Below the pieces are notes generated by a model, which was not told the DNA's origin, searched no databases, and was given only the letters and a program-made list of their open reading frames with translations. Shown piece after piece: positions 22,669-34,020 of a stretch of 42,080 nt of DNA (position 1 is its first letter; each line of letters starts with the position of its first letter). The stretch comes from Perkinsus chesapeaki ATCC PRA-425 (taxonomy: Eukaryota > Protista > Perkinsozoa), in assembly GCA_013115145.1 (NCBI GenBank), contig JAAPAO010000295.1:1-42080 (forward strand). The letters run 5' to 3'. The position numbers and the translations under genes are program-made.

Positions 22669-24895
22669 TTAACATTGACTCATGTTAATATCAACCAATG
22701 AGCCAACTTTGATGTTGATCTCATCGGAGCTAAGTATGCTACCTTGGACACCGTTTATATTAAGAGCATTCATGAGTTGCTGAAGCTTAGGATCGAAGTT
22801 AGAGAATTCAATAAGAGTTCCATCAACCAAGTAATCACAGCCTGCTTGCTGACCCAGAACACTCAACGTGGCATGACCATCCTCGAAGTCAACCTTGAAA
22901 CTCGTACCGGACATGTTACCACAATAAAAGCCTTCCAATTTACCAGTAACTGGTGCTGTCGTTGCAACAGAAGTAGTCGATACTGTCAATGGTGAGCTAG
23001 AAGTTGCAGTAGTGGAGCTCGCCTCAGTAGTCGCAATGGGAGATGAACTTGACGCGGGACTCACTTGAGATGTTGGCGCCACAGTAGTAGATACAGACGA
23101 GGCCGATGTAGTAGTAGGCGAACTCATACTTGAGGTAGTCGATGCATTCCTGTTACCAGAGGTCGACGGCACAGTAGTGGTTGGTGTGACAGTAGTAGTG
23201 TCAGCATTAGGATTCATGGTAGTTGTAGCAATGCAAGAGACAGGTGTACCAGTGCAACTAGGATCAGTTGGTTCGAAGCATGTTGTTCCGTCTGCTCTTT
23301 GAATCAACCCGAAGCAAACAGGAACAGTCTGCCAGTACTTGCAATAGGAGCCATATTTAGAAGCAGCACATTCGTTCACATCTTGGCACATACTTTCACA
23401 GGAATCAACCATAGCCGATGTACTAGCGGGTGAACTTGAGAAACTGTGTTGCTTAGCAGAGCCGGTTGTACTTGATGTGGTGGCAGGAGTCGTAGTGATA
23501 GTTTGACTTGAGCTGCCAGTAACTGTTGTAGCACCTTCAGCGGTAGTAGGGACAGACGTAGTGACACGACCAGTCATAGAGGTCATCGTCTCGCTAGCGG
23601 AAGTAGCTGAACTTGATGGCACACTACTGGAAGTCATAGAGGTTACCGTCTCGTTACCGGAAGTAACTGAAGTTGATGGCACACTACTGGAAGTCATAGA
23701 GGTTACCGTCTCGTTACCGGAAGTAGCTGAAGTTGATGGCACACTACTGGAAGTCGTAGAGGTTACTGTCTCGTTACCGGAAGTAGNNNNNNNNNNNNNN
23801 NNNNNNNNNNNNNNNNNNNNNNNNNNNNNNNNNNNNNNNNNNNNNNNNNNNNNNNNNNNNNNNNNNNNNNNNNNNNNNNNNNNNNNATGAAGTCGATGGC
23901 ACACTACTGGAAGTCGTAGAGGTTACCGTCTCGCTACCGGAAGTAGCTGAAGTTGATGGCACACTACTGGAAGTTGTAGAGGTTACCGTCTCGCTACCGG
24001 AAGTAGCTGAAGTCGATGGCACACTACTGGAAGTCGTAGAGGTTACCGTCTCGCTACCGGAAGTAGATGAAGTCGATGGCACACTACTGGAAGTCGTAGA
24101 GGTTACCGTCTCGCTACCGGAAGTAGCTGAAGTTGATGGTACACTACTGGAAGTCGTAGGTGCAGAAACAGTTGAACTCTTCGTGTTCGCCGGCCCCGAA
24201 GTTGTCGAACTGCCGCACGAGATAGGTGTACCAGTGCAACTAGGATCAGTTGGTTCGAAGCACGTTGTTCCGTCTGCTCTTTGAATCAACCCGAAGCAAA
24301 CAGGAACAGTCTCCCAGTACTTGCAATAGGAGCCATATTTAGAAGCAGCACACTCGCTCACGTCTTGGCACATATTTTCACAGGTATTAGCAGGTGAAGT
24401 CGGAGATGTCCTCAACGCAGCCGATGTAGTCGGGGCCTCAGTGTTAGTACTTGGGACCACCGTAGTGCTCACTGGACTTGAAGCGGTTGTAGTGAAGCTT
24501 GTGAGACCGCTGGAAGTTGACGAGCTCACTGTACTTGATTGAGGAACAGTGGTCGAATCGGGACCAGACGATGTACTACTCACAAGCCCGCTTGGAGCAC
24601 TGGACGCTGTCGTACTGTTAACCATAATAGAGGTATAAGCAGATATATCAGAAGAACAGGATACAGGCTCGCCTGTGCAGTCAGAATCAGTAGGTTGGAA
24701 GCGAATTGAGCCATCAGAACGACGGATTAAACCGAAACAGGTAGGATCGGCCATCCATTCCTTACAGTAGGAACCGTGCTTTGTTGTTGAGCAACCCTCC
24801 AACGTCGAGCACAGCTGCTGGCAAGTACTAGTGGTCGATGTAGCTAGCACGTTAGAAGCACAAAGTGCCAAAGTAGCAATAAAACCGAAAGCCAT
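22669..24895 (-). CDS. Secreted mucin-like protein A: signal peptide, three Cys-rich modules, Ser/Thr repeats and a C-terminal YCG domain; intronless, split by an N gap
   Basis: ORFs 23774-24895 and 22669-23904. The sequences flanking the gap (ccggaagtag | atgaagtcgatggc) are contiguous within the 60-bp unit, so the reading frame is probably continuous. Confidence 0.8.
23571..24153 (-). repeat. Coding 60-bp tandem repeat (TTSSSVPSTSATSGSETVTS), copy number unresolved
   Basis: GG(C/T)ACACTACTGGAAGT recurs at 23618, 23678, 23738 and at 23898, 23958, 24018, 24078, 24138. Confidence 0.95.
23787..23886. other. Assembly gap (100 N, probably a placeholder) inside the mucin repeat
   Basis: Run of N; it shifts the 60-bp periodicity by a non-multiple of 60. 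Confidence 1.
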
Positions 24896-26210
24896 ATTAA
24901 GTCTAACCGAAAACGGAGTTGAAATATTAAGTAATCTGAAGAGAGTGAGCTGTAAAGAGAACCAGACTTTGAATTGAGTGCATACTGAGATTCTACAGTG
25001 GAGGGGTGTCGATAGGAAATAGCGCGAATCTTAAGCTTAGGATTCTGTGTGACAAGTGTCGAGAAAATGGGCCCGTTTATGCACTTGTGTCGCTAGCTGT
25101 CCCCATAGCTGTTCTCTCATGGCCACTTTCACCAGTGCAACACCGACGGTTTCCGAGACAACAGCGATCGAGTCAATTTGTATGACTGTGTTGCCTGCTG
25201 GCCCTTCACGGTCATTTTTTTCTGGTACAGCAGTAATTCGATTCATAAGATTGTGTCGGCAGCTGTCTCCCCAAGATGACGGCTTCCCGATACAACATCG
25301 GTTAAGTCGATTTCACGATTGCGGCACAATCATTGTGTCGCCGGGTGTCCCTTTCGGCACCCCATTTTTGATGAAACTGCGCGTGTGCAAGTTCGGCTTC
25401 ACACCATTTCAGCAAGTGCGCGCGGCAAACTTTGCCGAACTTGGGAGGTTCGCAACCCCATTTCGCAACCCTCGAGGTGCCGGGGGTTCAATAGACACTT
25501 CTGGCATTCATGAAATAGGTGTTCCAATTTCGGAGAGGACACTTTGGAGCTTCCAAAGTGTCCTCCTTTAGAAAAAGGAGGTTTTAGGGGTTGATTTGGA
25601 TAAGAGGTAAGTATTCCTTATTCGCATCAGACCAGCAAGTGCGGCAAGAGTCGATGAGGCGAACTCCTCCTGGATGCAGCGAGTTGGCGCTCCACGAAAG
25701 GACGAATCCGTGGGGTCTTACCACAAACTCAATCCGTCAACCGTGGCCCAGGGAGGATAGATAATCGTGCAATACGGCGTATTTTGCATCACTGATATCC
25801 TTCCGCGGATTGCACTGATCAACTTGCGTACATCATTGCGCTTTTGACATAGAACGCAAAACCGATCGAGGCTAGAAGATGAACAGTCTGCTGAAGACTA
25901 CTGTAGGGTTAAGCACGGACTTGCTCTAGAAGAAAGAAGTCTCAGTGAGTGCGCGCTCACACGTGCAACCTGCATAGCATAACCGAGGGATAGCAGTAAG
26001 GATACTTTTCGGGCTTATCAACGATGACATAAACGGAAATGGAAAGTTATGAGAGTTACGGGCTTTTCCTTGAGACCTTTATCAAATAGACTATATTCGA
26101 CCTAATAACGGGTCTACAACAAACGAATCTGAAGGAGATGTCCATGTGAGAAGTTGTCACTAGTTCTTCAACAAGCTTCCAGCTAGGTTACTCCTTCAAA
26201 TAGCAGCTCT

Positions 26211-26850
26211 TCAGGCATCATACATACAGAAACTACCAGCATCAGTATCGGTGCACGCTCCACCATTGATACAGTCCTAGAAAGAATACGCAGCGAACTG
26301 GTAGGTCGTATGGATAAAGGCTCCTCACCTTATCGTCGGAGCAAGTCAGTACACAGACCGTGTCGATACATCCTTTAGTGCCTTTTGGGGGTTCGGGACA
26401 CTTGGTTGCGTTAGAACATGTATCGCCACAAACAACTCGCAGATCAAGGTAAGGGTACTGATACAGTTAAGAGATTAGTTAGCGCGTGTTGCTTTCAGTA
26501 AAACCTCACCAGTAAGAAAAAGAGAAGTGTCTCAGATGGATTGCACGAACATCCGACTATATCGTCACCGTCATACTCGCAGTGTCCATTTGGTCTTTCA
26601 TAACAGCCACCTACGATATCTGTATGGAGTGCAATAGTCGACCTAGGCCTACCATCGTTAGTTGGAACTTGCTTGAAAGGGAAGTGCCTAACACGAAGCC
26701 TGATAGGTAGGTCTTTTGAAGTGCCTCCCACATATCATCGCTCGAATATTTCTCAACCTCAATTCCGGCTGTTTCTCCTTCTTTCATACACCCGAGCACT
26801 GCAGTATTGAAAGCCACGACCAACAGAACCTTCTCGAAGATGGGTTGCAT
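26211..26850 (-). CDS. Small Cys-rich secreted protein, paralogue 1 (multi-exon)
   Basis: MQPIFEKVLLVVAFNTAVLG..EKYSSDDM|HFPFKQVPTNDGR..VGGCYERPNGHC..GCSCNP..CGDTCSNATKCPEPPKGTKGCIDTVCVLTCSDDK|DCINGGACTDTDAGSFCMYDA*. Confidence 0.7.
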
Positions 26851-28241
26851 GGTGATCCTGAGTGGAGCCACTGAAAATGTCCTATTCTTACCATCCCGAA
26901 CTATAGACAAAGCCAACGGTTAAATTTGAGCTCTACCAGTGGTCCGAGGTGATTTTCCGTTCCAGAGTTGTGGCCCGCAACTTGTGGAGGATGGCGCGTT
27001 GATCTGCGTGTACGGCGAGTCCTGTCTACAACTAGTCAAACAAAAATAACAACCTCCGTTCATTTAAACGAAGCAAGATGTCAAAGAAATTAGGTGGACT
27101 TGAGCACGGTTCTCCTGCTGATATACGACTTGAGCACGGGTCTTCTGCTTATATAGCCTCGACTATATTGTACTACAATCATTGTAGAGAAAGAGGCTTA
27201 CATGGATGCAAGTAATCTTCCTTCTGGTGGAGCTGCACTGCAAGAGCCACTGCAGTGCTCAGTGCCGCCTCGCGGGTATCTGAGCACAAAACTAGTTCGA
27301 TACCATGGAGCCGTTACTTACAATTGTTAACGCCCAATATTCACGAGGGCTTTTTCAATGTTAAAAGTATTCTAATCTACTTGGCGATTATCATTCTACG
27401 ATACTTTCTCAGAACTCAAGATGGCTCCTACCCTTCTCCTTGTTCGCCCACACCTGGAAAGCTGCGAAGGTGTTATTAGTCAGTACTAAATACAGCTGCC
27501 ACATGGCCTGCTCACTATTGCTGCTCGATTAGCCGGTCACGTAGGGGCAGTCACCGTATTCTACACACTTGTAGCCTGTTCTTCCCCCGTGTCTGCGTGC
27601 ACTGCATGGAGCAGTGGAGCAAGGTTGCGGCCGGACGATCTGTGAGACTTACGTGTTGCATATCAAGACTCAAGATCACAGCCAGCAGCGATTGATCTGT
27701 ATCCCTCCAGCATATGACGGCTCGTGTTTTCTCCACAGTTAGCAGGGGGCTTTTAACAGCAGTACCAACAAAAATCATACAGTTTCAGCTCCGAGCGGCA
27801 GACACTTTCATCATAACGCGTGATTTCTGGTCCGCCACGAACTATCTTTGGCTATTGTAACACATCAATTCGCCATCTGATATGAAACACAATGCCAAAT
27901 TAACTTAAAATATGAATAGTTTCCTGAATAACAGGGCAATACTTCAACACTCCTGTCCAATAATAGCAAGAGAGAGCCTCGGTAAGTGAGCCTTCAGCTG
28001 TGCGATCTGCATAGCTGAAACACATTGCGTGGTTGTATCGACAATACTAAGGATAATTTTAGCAGCAATGACCTAAATAAGAATGAAGGGTATAAATACC
28101 ATCTGCTAGACCCTGAGAGCCATCGATGATAACAGGTTGCGGCACTTATAACAGGTCTACAACAATCAACTGCAATGACCTACTTCTAAAAGGTATAAGC
28201 TGCCAAGTCCTGCGACGACCGGAGCGACGCCTACCAACTCG

Positions 28242-28921
28242 TCAGACAGCATACATGCAACGCTTTCCCAGTAAAGTGGGCGTGCACAGACCACCGTTGA
28301 TGCAATCCTAGAAGAAGTACGTATACAAGACGTAAAGCTTTGTCGTATGGATGGAGTTACTTACATTATCATTCGAGCATGTTAGCATACAAAGACCGTA
28401 TCGCCCACGCGGGTTGAGGCATGTTTTGGTACCTTTTGGTGGATTCGGGCAGTCACTTGTTTTGGAGCAGAAATTCGCGCACACACCTCGATAGCTTTTG
28501 ATAGCGGACTGAAACAGTCGAAATTATCCCGGCATGTCGACAGTTAGCGACTGACACAGTCGCTTACTGTCGGCTGCATTCAGTTGGGCCTTACCAGGTA
28601 AACAAAGTTAAATACCAGAGGTATGCAGGTGCATCCCATCAAGTCAGCACCGCACTTCCCTTTTGGTCTTTCATAGCATCCACCTACAGTATCTATATGT
28701 AGTCCAAGAGTAGAACTCAGCCTACCATCATTAGCAGGAGTTTGATTGAAATTGGAGTGCCTTATAAGAAAACGAGTCGGGAGAAGTGCCAACGGTACAA
28801 CCTACATATCTTCACTCGAATATCTCTCGAGCTCCATGCCGCGTAGTTCTCCATTGATATGTCCGTATGCGGCAGAGATGAAAGTCGCAACTATCACGAT
28901 CCTCTGGGAGATAGAGTGCAT
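28242..28921 (-). CDS. Small Cys-rich secreted protein, paralogue 2 (multi-exon)
   Basis: MHSISQRIVIVATFISAAYG..ERYSSEDM|HSNFNQTPANDGR..VGGCYERPKGKC..CANFCSKTSDCPNPPKGTKTC..LCMLTCSNDN|DCINGGLCTPTLLGKRCMYAV*. First and last introns are at the same positions as in paralogue 1. Confidence 0.7.
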
Positions 28922-29802
28922 GGTGATGTGTGGTATAATCACTAAGCTGCTCTACCATTTCCCATATCATAGTGGCAGTGAAGATGAAGGAGGTGAAAAA
29001 GTTTTCCCTCTCATTCGTTGGATCTTGTTATCTCGAGACGTATGAAATGTTGCCGCGTATGCACGCATACGGTGGGCCATGTCTACCATGGAGCAACAGA
29101 GGTAAAAGCGTGCGGTAACTTGAACGACTCGAGAGGTGAAAGAAATTACTTTAGCTTCGGAGTTGGCCTTCTATTGACAGACGCTTATCGATCTACTGAC
29201 ATATGGACGAAGGAAGATCCACAGATTGCTAGAGTGCTCCACGTTCTGGTGGAGCTGCACCAAAGCGCCTATGATGCAGTTCGTAGTGCCGGCTGGTGGG
29301 TACCTGGATACGGAGATCTCCAGTATCCGGTACAAATTTAGTATCTATGAATGGAAAGAATCATCCGTGGATCCAGTTAAATGGATAAGGCTGATCAGTC
29401 TGTTGAACTTATGGCCATGTCTTCTTCAAACCTAGTTTGTCACAACTAATTGCCTTAGCAAGTGTTAAAATCGCACAAAGCTCTACCGGACAAGCTTGTA
29501 GTTGGGACGGACTGAGCGCTCAATTTGAGGTTTTGAGGCTCGGCTGGAGATTCTACCGTAATTGAGGTGGACTTGTAACTCCTCAGTGTCCTATCTCTTT
29601 CAAACCAGCTTGAATAACAAATAGTTTGAGGTACGCCAGGGCGAGATTTCAACACTAACCTGTTGAAAGATAGCAAAAGGTGACCCCAGTAAGTCTCATT
29701 TGTGCGATCTGCATAAGCAAGGAGATAAAATGTTGCTCTTATAGCTATCTACAGGGAACCTTTGTGAAATATGTTTAAACGACAATCCAGCTGAGCAGCA
29801 AT

Positions 29803-30045
29803 TCAATAACAAGTCAACGATTGAGCTGATTTCTCCGTCGAGGAAAGTACTGTAGTAGCAGCAGGAGCGGTTGTAGTAGAGATTATAGTAGTGGTGGCAT
29901 CACTTGAGCTGCCAGGAGTGGTACTAATAGGTAATGTAGTATTTTCTGGGGCTGTGGTGGAGACAACGGATTCTGCAGGAAGAGTCGTATTTGCAGCAAC
30001 CGAAGCAGCCAAAAGTCCAAAGGTAGCGAGGAGACCGAAAGTCAT
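29803..30045 (-). pseudogene. 5'-only copy C of mucin B (short secreted Thr-rich peptide or gene fragment)
   Basis: 29854-30104 equals 33312-33562 with one mismatch; then unrelated TVLSSTEKSAQSLTCY*. Confidence 0.7.
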
Positions 30046-30581
30046 ATTCAAATATCCGAAAACGGGCAAAAATCAAGTAATCTACCAAGAAGATATAAAT
30101 TGAAATCACTGAGTCTGTAGTTACAACCGAACAATACTGGTAATTGTGTCTCGAGAGGCTAGCAGTCATATCAGCCGAAGCCTGTGACAAGATATTCACA
30201 GTTGTGTGAATTATTTAGCTGTTTGTTTCCCTTTTGCAGTTGCAGGTTTCGATATCAATAATATCTGATAGACGTACGTTATTAACAACCGAAGGTCAAG
30301 GAGAGGGTTGAGACAAGTGACAATTAGAAGTCATATTAACGGGTAGAGGTTATGACAGACTGTATTGTGCGAATCATACAGTCCTAACTCGAAACACCGT
30401 GCCTTATGAAGAAGGCTCGGATTCTTTAGATAGCTTGACCTTCAACTCACTAAAATAGTGAGGTTCATAGCTTCATCAATAGGGGAGGTTTCGAGATAAA
30501 ATATAGTCCTCCAAACCATATATGCGATCAACTTTCATGGAATATTCAAGTGCAGAGACAGTTAAGCAATAATATCTTCGT

Positions 30582-31325
30582 TTAAAGGTGGATTTCTTCA
30601 TCGATGAAAGTGATTGTACGATTTATCTCCCCGCAGCCTTCCCACCAAACGTGGACATCCAAACCGACAAGTATATGCCAATCTTTGGTTGAACCATTAA
30701 TAGTGCTCAAAGTCATGGTCAAGTTCAGATAGCTGTTCGCATAATCATCGCCGCCAGTAGCAGTGAACGAGACCATGCATTCGAACTCATCGTCAAAGAA
30801 GATATAAGCGTAAGGAGTACTGATGGGTGTCCTTATGAGCTCTCTCCCCTCGTAAAAGATATGTGTATGACCCGATAGATTAGCCTGTACGCCTAGGCGT
30901 CCAGTGCTACTATCGGGTTGGGGTTCGCTAACAATGCAGAGAGTAATCGACCATTCGACTTCGCCAGGCGGTAACCAATTGGGTAACAGATCTTGTTTAT
31001 GGGAGGAAGCGCAGTGGCCGGTGAAGTTTTGCAGGATTCCTGCTTTACCAGTGTCATCGAGGGCAACACTCCTATCTTTGAAGATATCAAATAAGGATAC
31101 GATAAGGTTTCGAATATTTGAAGTTCCCTGTTCGATTTCTCCTGTAATACAGAAGCCGTTATTCTCGCCTTTATTAGGAGAACCACAACCAGGTGGGAAC
31201 GCAAAGTCTGTAGAGTGGAAGTCGCCATCAGTCGTTTGACGAGTGCTATTTCCCATTACACCTTCGATGGATAACACTGCTCTTAGCGCATAGATAACAA
31301 GGATGCATGTCAGCCTAACAGCCAT
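30582..31325 (-). CDS. Hypothetical secreted protein X1 (intronless; paralogue of 34021-34788)
   Basis: Signal peptide MAVRLTCILVIYALRAVLS. Shares F.FP.GCG, FCITG, FD+F, TPF/IS..YAY/I, ATGGD.YANS and GLD+.VWWEG with X2. Confidence 0.75.
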   Translation of the reverse strand: MAVRLTCILVIYALRAVLSIEGVMGNSTRQTTDGDFHSTDFAFPPGCGSPNKGENNGFCITGEIEQGTSNIRNLIVSLFDIFKDRSVALDDTGKAGILQNFTGHCASSHKQDLLPNWLPPGEVEWSITLCIVSEPQPDSSTGRLGVQANLSGHTHIFYEGRELIRTPISTPYAYIFFDDEFECMVSFTATGGDDYANSYLNLTMTLSTINGSTKDWHILVGLDVHVWWEGCGEINRTITFIDEEIHL

Positions 31326-32351
31326 TTTCATGAGCCAGCTGAAAGATGAGAGCAATGTATCGAACCTTCGACACTGCCTAGGTATTCGCGCTCAATGTCA
31401 GATCATCTAAAAGACGAAGCGGTCACCGAGAAAAATCGTAGACAACTTGATCCGGAAATTCATCTTGTAGACGGTCACGTACGCCAGCGCAGATCGTGAA
31501 GCACCGAAAGAACGCATTCACTTGAGGATCTCTGAAGTAGGCTTTTACGGATGGATCAACTGCACATTCTGGCTCTGAATAGGGCACAGCTTCGTTCAAC
31601 GTAGACAACACGGCTCATACTCCAATAGAAGTAATTGACTCTGATGCTAACACCGATTAAGACATGTTTTTACAGAACGTTTGACGAGTTACCCGCTGTC
31701 CAGTCAAAGTGATAATAGCCACATAATATTTGATACCGATAGAGTAACTGAAAGGCGGTTTGGTTGGTAAAGGTAAGGATTAAGAGGACGCGGCCCGCGT
31801 GTCTCAGCAGAAACACGGTCGTCTATTCGGTCAAGGCGACAATACGTTTAAAAATGCTATCAATCTCAGTCTTAGATAGTTCCAGGAACACACAAGTTGG
31901 ACTAAGTTCTTCCATGACGCGGTTAGGCTGGTGGAGGTATCCGCGTAAAATATCATAATCGCCACTGACAGCCACTGACAGCAACGAGTGTGGTCTCCTC
32001 TGACAACCTGTGAGAAGCCGCTTTTATGTACGACGTGCACTTTACGTACTATTTGTTAGATAGCATGACTTTCGTAGCTTCACGTGGATAGACCCTCTTG
32101 CATTCACCATCGGCTTGAGGCATCCTTTCTAATAGCACTAATCGTATATACTTATATAAGCAATACATAGAAGAAAAAAGGATGAATAATTGACTCGGAT
32201 GCGAACACCAAGCAACATATGCATTTGTAAAACATTTGATAAGTTGCAAACGATGAAATGATAGTGATATATAATGACAGGAGTACAGCAGATGATGAAA
32301 TTGATAAGGTGTCAACCAAAACTAGGACTAATCAAAAGAACTAGTTCCAAT

Positions 32352-33503
32352 TTAACATTGACTCATGTTAATATCAACCAATGAGCCAACTTTGATGTTG
32401 ATCTCATCGGAGCTAAGTATGCTACCTTGGACACCGTTTATATTAAGAGCATTCATGAGTTGCTGAAGCTTAGGATCGAAGTTAGAGAACTCAATCAGAG
32501 TTCCATCAACCAAGTAATCACAGCCTGCTTGCTGACCCAGAACACTCAACGTGGCATGACCATCCTCGAAGTCAACCTTGAAACTCGTACCGGACATGTT
32601 GCCACAATAAAGGCCTTCCACTTTACCACTAACTGGTGCTGTCGTTGCAACAGAAGTAGTCGATACTGTCAATGGTGAGCTAGAAGTTGCAGTAGTGGAG
32701 CTCGCCTCAGTAGTCGCAATGGGAGATGAACTTGACGCGGGACTCACTTGAGATGTTGGCGCCACAGTAGTCGATACAGACGAGGCCGATGTAGTAGTAG
32801 GCGAACTCATACTTGAGGTAGTCGATGCATTCCTGTTACCAGAGGTCGACGGCACAGTAGTGGTTGGTGTGACAGTAGTAGTGTCAGCATTAGGATTCAT
32901 GGTGGTTGTAGCAATGCAAGAGACAGGTGTACCAGTGCAACTAGGATCAGTTGGTTCGAAGCATGTTGTTCCGTCTGCTCTTTGAATTAACCCAAAGCAA
33001 ACAGGAACAGTCTGCCAGTACTTGCAATAGGAGCCATATTTAGAAGTAGCACATTCGTTCACATCTTGGCACATACTTTCACAGGAATCAACCATAGCCG
33101 ATGTACTAGCGGCTGAGGTTGAGAAACTGTGTTGCTTAGCAGAACCAGTTGTACTTGATGTGGTAGCAAAAGTCGTAGTGACAGTTTGACTTGAGCTGCC
33201 AGTAACTGTTGTAGCACCTTCAGTAGTAGTCGGAACAGTCGTGGTCATAGTCGACGATCCAGAGGTCGATGTCATGCTAGCTGAAGTAACGGTTGATGAC
33301 ATGTTACTAGAAGTAGCAGCAGGAGCGGTTGTAGTAGAGATTATAGTAGTGGTGGCATCACTTGAGCTGCCAGGAGTGGTACTAATAGGTAATGTAGTAT
33401 TTTCTGGGGCTGTGGTGGAGACAACGGATTCTGCAGGAAGAGTCGTATTTGCAGCAACCGAAGCAGCCAAAAGTCCAAAGGTAGCGAGGAAACCGAAAGT
33501 CAT
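32352..33503 (-). CDS. Secreted mucin-like protein B: signal peptide, Thr-rich stalk, one Cys module and C-terminal YCG domain; intronless
   Basis: ORF 32352-33527 with likely start MTFGFLATFGLLAAS at 33503; the 3' 874 bp are near-identical to mucin A. Confidence 0.85.
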   Translation of the reverse strand: MTFGFLATFGLLAASVAANTTLPAESVVSTTAPENTTLPISTTPGSSSDATTTIISTTTAPAATSSNMSSTVTSASMTSTSGSSTMTTTVPTTTEGATTVTGSSSQTVTTTFATTSSTTGSAKQHSFSTSAASTSAMVDSCESMCQDVNECATSKYGSYCKYWQTVPVCFGLIQRADGTTCFEPTDPSCTGTPVSCIATTTMNPNADTTTVTPTTTVPSTSGNRNASTTSSMSSPTTTSASSVSTTVAPTSQVSPASSSSPIATTEASSTTATSSSPLTVSTTSVATTAPVSGKVEGLYCGNMSGTSFKVDFEDGHATLSVLGQQAGCDYLVDGTLIEFSNFDPKLQQLMNALNINGVQGSILSSDEINIKVGSLVDINMSQC

Positions 33504-34020
33504 ATTCAAATATCCGAAAACGGGCAAAAATCAAGTAATCTACCAAGAAGATATAAATTGAACGAGATGCTCTTAACTTCTACTTCAGATATGATACTTG
33601 TATCTGATGTTACTTAAACGAGAAATAACTAGCAGTGATGCTAGTCTAAGCCTATCACAATAGATATTTACATCACTTCGAGTTGTGACACGGATGTCCC
33701 TTGTGTCGTAAAGATACTCTCCTGACGTCACGGTCGCACCTCTTCTTCCTCGAATTAACAACAACAAAGTGTCAACGAAAGATCGTGAAACAGCCTATTG
33801 TCGTATCGGAACAGCTGACGTTATCGAAGATAATCATAAACAGTATTCCTCTCAATGCGGCGGCTACTCACTCTCTAAAGGGGCGACTACAAAGGGGTAT
33901 TGGTAATTGATACGACTATTTAATATGTTCTAATGGTTTTGGATACTTCTATAGATCAGAAAGCAGCAGCACGCACCGAGTCCAAGAAAGTTAATAATGA
34001 TACAATCCTACAAGGATAGG

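Noticed and set aside
25037-25246. RNase H-like fragment (VIQIDSIAVV..LWGQL)
   Set aside because: Only one loose motif; the upstream frame has stops, and there is no RT or integrase nearby.
33241-33561. Plus-strand Val-rich ORFs (also 23561-23890, 29891-30103) and the YIIGYS-repeat ORF 40730-41065
   Set aside because: Antisense shadows of Thr/Ser-rich or repetitive minus-strand sequence.
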